DNA of 64,000 nt. Source: Antedon mediterranea. Lineage: Eukaryota > Animalia > Echinodermata. The stretch lies in contig NC_092670.1 in NCBI RefSeq assembly GCF_964355755.1, positions 6,686,201 through 6,750,200 of the forward strand. Reading direction: 5' to 3'. A model generated the notes under the pieces. That model was not told the origin of the DNA and ran no database searches. It saw only the letters and a program-made list of their open reading frames with translations. Below are positions 1 through 11,200 of the stretch, piece after piece; within the stretch, counting starts at the first letter, position 1; each line of letters begins with the position of its first letter. The position numbers were made by a program, and so were the translations under genes.

Positions 1-187
1 TACTTTGACTGACCGGTAAATCAAAGTCCTGGTCTCCAAACACAAAATCCTCTAGTAAACCCACATCTGGGATATTATCGTCAGATAAATTAGCGCGCGA
101 TAGATTAACTATAGCGTCAACAGCTCTTTGACACTCGATAAATAAACTATCGTTAGAATCAGTTGAGGAAGAAGCGAATTGAGACAT
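1..187 (-). CDS. 5' part of an unidentified ORF running off the left edge (MSQFASSSTDSNDSLFIECQRAVDAIVNLSRANLSDDNIPDVGLLEDFVFGDQDFDLPVSQS...)
   Basis: ATG at 187 on the minus strand, open for 62 codons to the window edge; no recognisable motif. Confidence 0.3.
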   Translation of the reverse strand, partial: MSQFASSSTDSNDSLFIECQRAVDAIVNLSRANLSDDNIPDVGLLEDFVFGDQDFDLPVSQS

Positions 188-267
188 TGTGAAACTTTGA
201 AGAAAAAAATCGGTACCGAAACTTTGAAGAATTAGTAAATGAATGATGAACTAAACAAGTAACACAC

Positions 268-1371
268 GGTTATTAAAACCTTCCCGCGACGATTACGATT
301 GGTCAGACATTCTTTAGTAATTAGGAAGCCCCGCCCACAATAGTGACCAATAGCTTAATTAATAACAGTAATAAACCTTCTCGAGACGATTACGCTTGGT
401 CAGACGTTCTTTAATAATTAGGAAGCTCCGCCCACAATAGTGACCAATAGATTTAGCCTTCACCCGAAAACACTGAGACGGATTAATTAATACTAAACAA
501 AGGTGATCATTGTAATGGATAAATCGTCAAAATAATAACAATAGTACTCCCCAAACAAAGAATTACCTTCACTAATTAAAAACAAATTACATTATTTTTA
601 AACCTTCCAATGAACTTTACACTATTATGACTGGTCAGACATTCTTTAATAATTAGGAAACTCCGTCCATAACAGTGACCATTAGAGCTAGCCTTCAACC
701 GTAAATACGGGGGTCGGTAAACGGATTAATTAATAACAGTTGGGAGAGTTGTTAAGGATTATTCAAGGCCTTGTAGTGGTCAAACAATATATACACGATT
801 GGAAATTAATTAACAATACCTATTCAAGTAACACTGAAACACTAAATTATAAACAAAATTTGAAATAAAACTACAACAGCTTTTAATCAAAAACCCCTTT
901 CTCTAACAAAGAATGACCTTTCACTATTTTTTTTTTTTTTTTTTTTTTTTTTAATACAAATTCTTTACTAATTACGAATATAACACAGGCCCAAAACAAA
1001 ACAAAAACCCCGCAAAAAAATAACAAAACTCCTCCCCTTACAAAGAATGACCTTTCACTAATTTTTTAAAATACAAATTCTTTACTAATTACGAATATAA
1101 CACAGGCCAAAACGGAAACCCCGCCAAAATAACAAACCCCCTTCTCTAACAAAGAATGACCTTTCGCTAATTAATATTACAATAACAGGAAATTAAACAA
1201 TAGAAAATATAATATATACCCTAGGGATATGACATTCCTTTCGGGTCTGGTACAAAGAGTGACCTTTCACTAATTATTATTACAATACCTGGAAATTAAA
1301 CAATAGAAATATGAAATATGCCCTGGGGGGTATGACATTCCATTCGGGTCTGAAGTCCTACATATACTACT
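268..1371. repeat. Array of imperfect ~80-120 bp direct repeats ending in ACTACT; possible terminal region of a large mobile element (Polinton/Maverick-like)
   Basis: Block AAAACCTTC...TGGTCAGACATTCTTTA...GTGACCA at ~275, ~372 and ~600; CAAAGAATGACCTTTCACTA-like motif at ~907, 1041, 1150 and 1253; ~103-bp pair at 1178 and 1281; CCAAT and GC-box motifs. Confidence 0.45.
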
Positions 1372-1396
1372 TATATATATATATATATATATATAT

Positions 1397-1581
1397 GACG
1401 TTATCCAAATTCCTTCACTTGCACTGATGAAGGGCTAGTGTTGCCCGAAAGCTCTGCTAACTTTTCTGGCTGTTTACTTTATCGTTTTGATTTAGCTTTT
1501 CGCTTTTATTTTTGTATCTCCATTGAGATCCAGCCACTGATACCCACAGCATTGTCATTTATTTCAGTAATTTGCCTTTGG

Positions 1582-1584
<3 letters not shown>
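1397..1584 (+). mobile_element. Penelope-like retroelement terminal (pLTR) fragment inserted in (TA)n
   Basis: ~190-bp segment bracketed by (TA)n tracts and containing a minimal hammerhead core. Confidence 0.6.
1419..1460 (+). ncRNA. Minimal type I hammerhead ribozyme
   Basis: GCA-CTGATGA-A-GGGC(TAGTGTT)GCCC-GAAA-GC-TC-TGC: core CUGAUGA/GAAA, 4-bp stem II, stem I GCA/UGC, palindromic AGCU in place of stem III. Confidence 0.75.
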
Positions 1585-1620
<36 letters not shown>

Positions 1621-1728
1621 CACAAGAGGCAATGAACATTAATTCTAAACCGCCCGGTGATATACTGAAATTTAATTAATTAATTTGAAACGATAAAGAT
1701 GAGGAAATCTGTGAGAATGAGAAAAAGT

Positions 1729-1800
1729 CGCCCCAACCGAGACTCGAACTCGGACCGCCTGCTTGATATGCAGATGTCCTAACCATTAGACCACTGGGGC
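1729..1800 (-). tRNA. tRNA-like gene with anticodon ATC (Asp-like; may be a SINE head or pseudo-tRNA), copy 1
   Basis: Cloverleaf GCCCCAG/TTGGGGC, D stem GTCT/GGAC, anticodon stem TCTGC/GCAGG with loop ATATCAA, T arm CCGAG-TTCGAGT-CTCGG, discriminator G, followed by a T5 terminator. Confidence 0.65.
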
Positions 1801-2092
1801 TTTCATGGTATTGTTCAAACTCGATTGGATAGCGACTCTTTAACATTCTCGGCGTGGTACGGCGGAACAGCACTAGTCCTCAGTTGTACGCACGCACAAC
1901 AGAGATCAAATTGATACGCCCTCATCTTTCAGTATTTTTATTCACGAGGCGGGATCTCCGAAGAGATACTTTTATATATATAAACACATTAGGCAATGAA
2001 CAGTAATTCGAAACCGCCCGGTGATATACTGAAATTTAATTAATTAATTTGAAACGATAAAGATGAGGAAATCTGTGAGAATGAGAAAAAGT

Positions 2093-2164
2093 CGCCCCAA
2101 CCGAGACTCGAACTCGGACCGCCTGCTTGATATGCAGATGTCCTAACCATTAGACCACTGGGGC
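2093..2164 (-). tRNA. tRNA-like gene with anticodon ATC, copy 2
   Basis: Identical to 1729-1800. Confidence 0.65.
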
Positions 2165-2415
2165 TTTCATGGTATTGTTCAAACTCGATTGGATAGCGAC
2201 TCTTTAACATTCTCGGCGTGGTACGGCGGAACAGCACTAGTCCTCAGTTGTACGCACGCGCAACAGAGATCAAATTGATACGCCCTCATCTTTCAGTATT
2301 TTTATTCACGAGGCGGGATCTCCGAAGAGATACTTTTATATATATAAACACATTAGGCAATGAACAGTAATTCGAAACCGCCCGGTGATATACTGAAATT
2401 TAATTAATTAATTTG

Positions 2416-2418
<3 letters not shown>

Positions 2419-2483
<65 letters not shown>

Positions 2484-2530
2484 TATATATACTATACTAT
2501 ACTATATCTATTATTATTATTACTATTATA
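2419..2530. repeat. (TA)n microsatellite grading into TACTA/TAT low-complexity sequence
   Basis: Seen directly. Confidence 0.9.
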
Positions 2531-5188
2531 CTATTATTTATTAGTAATTAAATTCTATCTTAATATGATTTGTTTGGATTTGAATAAAATCGAAATCTTT
2601 TAGTTATACAGGGAGTAGAGCTAGATAGGCATGAAGTTGCCTTTTCTCTTCTTCTTTTTTATCCAATTATTTTAATGTTTTATATTATAATGTTATGTTT
2701 ATGGGTTTTTTTTGGATGAATAAAGAAAGAAATCAGTTATATAAACAAAAAAAAATATTTTAATAATAATAAATAACATGTTTAAAAACAAGATAATGGA
2801 TACTATAGCATTATTACACAGTGCATTATTACACAGTGATATAAAGAATACCCAATGAATGTAACTAGTATAGAATACTATAATAAAATACTTATAGAAG
2901 CTATTGTGTCTGAAGATTCTTGTTTTAAATCGATATGTTTGCCTTATGATTGTAATTTATTTTTTATATGACATTTATGATATCACATTATATTTCTCTT
3001 TGAACGTATTCAAATATTACAAAAAGACAAAAAAACATAAGATTATAGATAAACAAAACAATAGGTAACAGCCGTAACTTTATTGTGTTATATTCCACTT
3101 TCTTTTAATTTACTACAATAACCACTATCACTTATTTCTTTCCACACTTTCGTTTTTTTTTTTGGTGTAGATACTAATACATTTTAATAATACCGTATGT
3201 ATATGTGATACATTAAATTCTTGCCGTCTTGTTGTTAAATAATACAAAAAATAATTTAAAATTAGTTTAAAATGTGAGTTAAAATATTCCAGGAAATTTA
3301 TATCAGCGTCTACATTTGCTTTTCTTGTTGAGTCGTTCAAAACGTCTACATTATTCGTTGGTTTCCGACTAGTCAGGGTAAAGGCATAAACTTGCTTACC
3401 AAACTTTTGAGCAGCAGAAATGAAAGAACGATTACAGCACTTAGGATGTGCTTGAACAGTGTATTTTCGTGTTAACTTTGTATTCTTTAGCTAAATTATA
3501 AATCAGGTGGTATATGTATATGCAAATTAATCATGCTTGATTTAGTTTGCTTGTTACGTAAGAACAAAGAGATATATTTAGAAGCATGGAGTGAACTGAG
3601 CTGAGTCTAGAGGGTTACTTCAAAGCCTAAAGTTAGCTGATGCCTAGAGTTTAGAGGCTTATCCAGAGAGATATACTTACTCTAGTAGAATACACAGGAC
3701 GATGTTGGTAAGCACTTTATTTATAATACTCTTTTATTTTATATATTATTATTAATTGTCTACAACTAGTTGTTGTCCCAGCCTACATGTAAAATTACAA
3801 AAAATCAGTAAGGATACCTACCTACAAGTAAACCCTATGATTAACCGATATTGATATAGGTAGGCCTATTGGTAGGCTAGCGAATCTTACGTGTAGTAGC
3901 TACAAGGCTGTAATCACGATCTATATACTCACCTTCTTGTGGGAATAATAATGAACAAGGTACTTAATCCACGCTTCGTTTGTTTATGACTTAGTAGAGT
4001 CAGTGACGTATCGCAACTATATATAGCCAGCCAATTCCGGATCAGGGATCGCAGTTTTGATTCGATTAGACCCGGTGATTGGCTGTGATGTGGATGGCAT
4101 AACCACTAGCCAATCATCAGGCAATTATAGCAATACAGTATATTGTTGTCAATTAATCATCGACGCAAACATTTCAATAGAAAAATCAAACTGCGCATAC
4201 AATTTCTACGTGGTTACGTTTTGTTCTAAAAAATGTAACAGTTGATTCGCAGCGTCCTAAAGAGGGTCGCGGTTAGAGACACAGAGTTCAAATAGCGTGT
4301 TTGTTTGATTGGCAGCAGTGCTTTAGTATAGAAAAATAGTAGGAAAATCGTTTGATGTCACCGTCGATACGAATCCTTCTATTCCTTAATCCATGATGTG
4401 ATGTAATCAAATAATCTATCTCAAATCATTTGAGGTACTGTATAGTAAACTATAAACCACGATGTAAACTGCTTTAAAAACATTCAATTCTCGGTGCTTG
4501 ATAATACAACAACACATTTGTTTCACTTATATCTCCTAGTATAATACCAAACCTAGCTCTTAACCTAACATTACATGATACAGACAAAACACTTGCTAAA
4601 AATAAGTTACTATATCACTGGGCATATATTTGAGTGTGTGGAGTAACAGCGCCGAGTATCTCATAGAATGTTACTCCGAGTAACCCTTCGAAATAAACAT
4701 ATTGTTGCATGACTTTGTTATAAATATCGACTTTCTATTTTCTATTTTGTTTTGTACAGAATTTTCAAAAGAAACTCCTGAATAAACAAGGAAGCTATAA
4801 GTTCATAAAGCAGCAATATTTTTATATTTATTTAGCATTCTTGCTTCAAATAGTATTCTACATTATCCAAAAAGTGTTTTGAAAGACTAAAGATTCAAAA
4901 TAAACACAATGTATTGTAAACTATTATGCATGAATTATATATACCTACACTGTGTACGTACGTATAAAAAATATATACACAATATAAAATTATTGGAGCA
5001 TATTAATTCTTTAAACCCTAGTATTTCAACATATTAGATCAAGATAAACGTATATAGAACTATCTCTACATTTATTTATTAGTTCCTGGTACATACCACG
5101 TTGTGTAAATTCCACATTTTTAAACCATGTTGAAGATATTATTTTGAGTGAACATTTTGGTTTTAACGATTAGTGTACCTACAGAAAA

Positions 5189-5252
5189 ATGTTACTAACA
5201 TTTCTGATTTTGATACTTGGACTTGGAATTTCTAATCTTGTCAATTCACAAA
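5189..5252 (+). CDS. Signal peptide exon ([21 protein letters not shown])
   Basis: ATG plus hydrophobic core, phase-1 donor GTGAGT at 5253; an upstream ATGTTG|GTAAGC at 3702-3707 could add an in-frame first exon. Confidence 0.7.
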
Positions 5253-8200
5253 GTGAGTATTTTTGTCCAAGTTAGCTTTATAACTGACAGTTGTTTCTCA
5301 ATGGTTTGTGTTGATTGATAAAATTACAAATAATATAAACGTCGTAAGTGGTGTATCGTCACATGCTACTGTACTACAATCGACTATGACAGTGACAGTT
5401 TCAACATCGCAAAAATGGTATATACATTATACACTAAAACTAGACATAGAATCGGCTGGCTTCTACATACAATTTGAATTTCCTAACTTTTGGTTTGTTG
5501 TTTCAATGCCAAATTTCAGAAACGAAAACTGGAATTTAATATTTTGATTAAGTGATCCAAGTAAAACTCTTCCTCATTCCAGTCTGCTTAGGTGGTATTT
5601 GTTAGGGTACGTGTAACGTTTGTAATCAATTTCTAGAGATTAATAATAAAATAAATATATTTTGTCATCAGTATAACTTACTAAATCATTAAAGGTCTCC
5701 CAAAAACATGAAAAAATGAAAATTAATAAAATCAGACTTTGAATAGACAAGTTTGCAGTTTAATAACGTTAATCACTTGCGTAGAAAAAAACTCGAACCA
5801 AAATGATTAACAAAGTGGCAACCAATCTGACTATTTTTTGGTTTCAATTTCCATCAAATATATTAGGCCTATGTGACATTACAATTCCATATTTAACAAT
5901 ACAAAACATTTTTTCAGAAGGATAAAATATCCGTATTAAATATTTCATACAATAAACCTCCACTTTACAGTTGAAATATGTAAATCTATAGTTTAAGCGG
6001 TTGCATCACCAGCAAAATACATGTGCAGAATAGTCGGGAGATTCTATTGCTCAAATTGAGTTCCTGAAAGATTTTGAATCCTTAGAACTAGTAGAATTCA
6101 TTACTCCTTTGGCCTAATTTAAGCACTATATAACTGTAGTATTATCCAATATAACAACTTTTAACAATAAAGCAACACATAAGCCATTCTTTGTAATACC
6201 TATTCATGGAATTCAATCAAAAGGTACTGTAGGAGTCTTGTTACTGATACATCATATTAGATACAGTTATTGGCTGCTGATAAAGTATATATAATTTTGT
6301 ATGATTGAGTGACAAGTAACAACAAAGAAACTCATCTGTATTTTGCATGTATGCGTGTGTTTGTCTGACTGAATGAATGGTACTGACTTTTGCTGACTTT
6401 TATTTGAATTAAACAATGCATTTTGTTTAAATCAAACTGTGTTTCTATTGACATACTGTACTTTGGGTAACTTGGGTCGCTTTTGGATGCTTAATTATGT
6501 TATCATCATCTACATGCACGTCCACTATTGGACTTGATTTGAAATAAAATCAGGGGTGTGTTAAAGCGGGTGTAACATTAGATGCATTGCCTCGCATTTA
6601 ATGGTGGCAACCCTTAATAGGCGCTACATAATTGCCCCCGATTGATAGTGGTAGTGCATCTTTTACGTAAACAGTATGTTTCTAATGGAAATGCTTCATG
6701 GAGTGCCTTCAGTTTTAATGTCCTAAATTTGATTTTGCCAAGCATTCAAGATATTATATCATTTTAACATTCCATTGAGAGTACATATTTGAAATACTAG
6801 GCCAATATATTAAATACAATTGTGTATTATAATTGCAACTACAGAAAATTTTTCCTATGTAAGAGCCATGTTTTATTGGAATAAAACGTGTGCACTTGAA
6901 TTGAATTAAAATTGTATATAATTATTATAATTGTGAATAATGCTTACACATTTTAGTATATTTTGTAATGTATTTATGTGGAGACATTTTTCTATTAGAA
7001 CCAGTCCATGATTTACCTTCTTCTGTCTTTTTTTGTGTATCTTATTAAAATGTTAGGATGGTCCCTGAAAATCATCTAATTGTTTAGAAGGCTTATGACA
7101 AATAGGCAAACCATTAATACATTATTTCACCCAACCACACCTTTTTTTAGATAATACTACGTCAATAAATTACACACACTCTTCTCTCCAAATGTCTGGT
7201 TTTCATTATGAGTAGGAAACAATTTAGAGATTTGAAACTGCTAATTTTTAATTGGTCACTTTTTATAAAATGATCCAAATATCTCTTTTAAACTTAGCAT
7301 CTATTGCACCAGATACAACAGCATTGACTACATCAGAGACGACACCAGCAATTTCACCGAATATGCCACAAAGTAATTATTGTTTTTTCCTTATTAATAG
7401 CTTCAATAATCTATCCTAGTAGCATTTTAATATATACAGTAGTTATTTCAATGTATTTTCATTATTTTGGTTTCCATTTAAACACGGTGTAATTAAATTT
7501 ATCTTTCAGTAACATTTGACAATTGTCCGGCAGATGAGACAATACATAACACTGGTGCATTTCCTTATGGATATACTGTCCCAACGATTACAGCAACAGT
7601 AAATCCAGCTAATTTACCAGTAGATGTCCAGGTGACATCACAACCTGCATATACTCCAGGTGTTACTATAAACTTTGGAGTAAATGTAGGTTTTACTTTT
7701 CAATATACAGCGTCAGCGACTGGTGCAATGGATGTTGTGTGTGAGTTTTATATAAGAGTTGTCGGTAAGTGTTTCTATTTTTCATCATCATCGACCGTCA
7801 TATACAATCATCACCATACATTGTTGTCATTTTACATTATTACCATCAACAAATAGCCTAGCATTACTTTCTTCAATATTATTACTGTCTGTTTCTTTCT
7901 TGTTACTATTAAGAAAACCAATTTTAATAATTTGTTATGTAATCCGGGGTTTCTTTCATACAAACATTCATGGTTAAAACATTTATTTAAAAATCAAACA
8001 TTGTACATATCATTATTTTCACATTATGATTTGATGAACTTATTTGTATAATCAAAAAATGTAATTACATTTCGCGGTATAATGAAATAATCAAGATGTA
8101 ATATCATAGTAAATCATTTTCACAGTACATTATCTTTTTTTTTCTTCAAATTTCTCTCTGTTGCCATCTCTTCTTCTGATAAATCTTTGGATTTGTTAAT

Positions 8201-11200
8201 ACAATTTATCGTGGTTAATCTATCAACGGCTCCGCTTTTCCCAAATTTGAACCCCTCCATACAAATACGGGCCTGTATAACGTTGGTGATATTTATTTAC
8301 TATTTTACTACTACAATGTACAGTTTATATGAAAATGTTTCTTTTTATGAATGATAGATAGCAATTCCTAAAGCATGATATGCATGCCACTTACTTCCGT
8401 TGGTGAAACTTTGCGATCTACAAAAATGTTCTGTTTGGGAATACATTATTGTGTATTTGATTTTGAAATATATATAATATATTAGGATAGAAGAAATGAT
8501 CTAATTATAAAGTATAATCATTTTTGATATGGAGAACCCCTATAGAGAGCTTTCACTACCTTGGTCGGGTTCCGGTGTCTGTACACGGTTCAGATAATGT
8601 TGTATGTAGCTTACATATTTTGACATTTTTTACAACAAACTGTTTGAGTTTCGTTATCTCGATAAGGAACCATATACCGACAACAACTTTGACTTATCTG
8701 TGCATGACGTCACGTGCTTTTTATCAGTTATTCACAATCAACACAATATGTATTTAACTGCATTATTTTTTCCCCCAAACTTTTGGACTTAATTACCCAA
8801 AATAAAAACTTAGATCAGATTTGAAATGGATAGTTAATTAATTTAGTATAAAAAAAATAATGTTAATATGTTTGTAATAATAGCAACCACTTTATCTAGT
8901 TACATAGCTATTTTTAAACAGCTGTAATAACGACCTATTAGCAAATATTTTATACTTGTAGATAAACAAGCTCCCTATATTATTGATTGTCCGATGGATA
9001 TGATTGTTAACACAACAACTGGTGAGGCATTTGCAATCAATGTCACATGGATGGAACCGTCAGCTACTGATAACTCTGGAGAGACTCCTGTGCCAGTAGC
9101 AGACTACACCTCCGGTGATAACATGTTTCCAATCGGTGAAACAACAGTGCAGTACAATGTTTTTGACTCATCTGGGAACTTTAATGGTAGTTGCAATTAT
9201 GTTGTCACTGTTGAAGGTAAGTTCTCTCATTGCATAGTAAATGATGTATCTATTTTCAAACAACAAAAGATTGTAATATTACGCAGCTGTGATTGACGAA
9301 ACTTTAAATTCAGTAGGCCTAGTGTACCTAAATTCGGTATTTGTTACTTCTAATTATGCCTTTGTTTAATATTAAAAACATTGCTGTAGAATTTTATTCG
9401 GTTGTGTTTATGTATTTTTAAAGTTATATAGTTATTTTTCTTTTGTTTATTATACAGTACTTTGTTTGTGCTTCATGTTTTTATACGTGCATTATAATAT
9501 CATCAGTATATCTTAACTTATCTTGTTTTTGTACTATATAACGAACGTACATTAATTGACTGCCCACATGCCACTTTATACAACTTGATTTGAGAAAAAA
9601 CATTTTAAAATGTTTAATTTCTACACGGATCAGGGAAGTCTTAATTAAAATTGCATTTTAAATAGATAATGAAAATCCAATGATTGGCTGCCCAGCAAAT
9701 GTCACTTCAACCAATTACATTGGAGAGGGATTTGGACTAGTAAGTGTCCGGACGGATCAAGGAAGTCCAAATTCAACAGTTACATGGGATCCTCCTGTGG
9801 CAAGTGATAATAGTAATGGAACTGTGACAGTAGTTTCATCCCCATATGAGTCAGGTGACATCCTACCAATTGGTATTCACACACTCACATTTACAGCAAC
9901 TGATCCTTATGGAAATAATGACACTTGTGAATTTTATATCGAGGTTGAAGGTAAATTAAAATAAGGGTTTCAATAATAAATTTGTAATAGTTTAGAAATT
10001 ATATTAACTTCTCATACACAGAATTCAAAACGATGTAAGTAAACTCGACACTGATCACATTTGAATATTTACAATTTAAAACATTATATTCTAAAGTAAA
10101 TTCTATACATAATATTAATAGTATCAACATATTTTACAGTACCAGTTTTTTTTAAAATTCATTTGTTGTTTTATTAGTAATATCCTGGATTTATATAGCG
10201 CCTAAGTGTTGATTATTATTTATTTATAAATAAGTATACTTATTGTATTCTTTTATTCTATATTTAGATGTGGAGCCGCCGAATCCAACATGTCCTTCCA
10301 TTGCGTATGGTGTGGCTGATCCTGAAAGTCCCAATGGCACTGTCAGTTTCAACATTACTGTTGTGGATAATGTTCTTGTTGCTACATTTTATACCAACCA
10401 TACATTAGTCAGTTCAAGTGCTATTGACATGGTTTCTTATACATTTAAAAGTACTGGTGTATTTCCAATTGGAGAAACTATAGTTGAATACACATTCCAT
10501 GACAATGCTTCACCAACAGCCAATCAAGCCTCGTGTTATGTTAAAGTACAAATAACAGGTATGTTTACTTTTTTCTCATTTCTTTATATTTTATCTGTGG
10601 GATACTTTACTTATATTAATATTTGATTGTAATTATAATCTTCATATATATATGCTATATTTTTTCATGTGTTATGTGTTTATGTGCTAATACCTTTTGT
10701 AATTGCGCGCTGTACATTTTCGTTTTAACACTTTCACGTAAAGAGAGAAAAAAGGTGTTATAAATGCGTTGGAGATCAACGAAAAAAAATATATACTAAA
10801 GTAAATCAATAGAAAACCAATTAGATGAAATTTCTAATAGAAGCACAGGCAAGATGAAACCAACTGAAATTTCTAAATAGTGAGAGGCTGTAAGATTTAA
10901 GCAACACTTATGGAGAATGCTATAATCAAGATTCAAAGAAAGAATCAAAACCTTGTTGTTAGAAAAGAAAGAAAAGTCTATTGTGTTTGGAAAAAAATGT
11001 GGAGCAGTGTATTTTACATGACACAGAAGAGTCAGTGAATAGAACCTTGATTATTTAAATATCAAAAATCAATAACAAGCAGTGTGAAATTGGAAAAATA
11101 TGAAGACAGATACTGTACATGACAAAAAAATGACCATCAAGGAAAAGAGAGATGAAAAGATGGAAAGAAACAACAAAGTAGTAGTTGAAACATGTTTAAT

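Larger units (their letters stand above)
1616..2418 (-). repeat. Tandem 364-bp unit (about 2.2 copies) carrying a tRNA-like gene, flanked by (TA)n
   Basis: Near-identical copies offset by 364 bp (identical ORF-track entries at 1676 and 2040); partial third copy from ~2345 to 2418. Confidence 0.9.

Noticed and set aside
1676-2237. Two identical 65-aa minus-strand ORFs
   Set aside because: They overlap the tRNA-like gene in a tandem repeat, start at a non-ATG codon and have no protein motif
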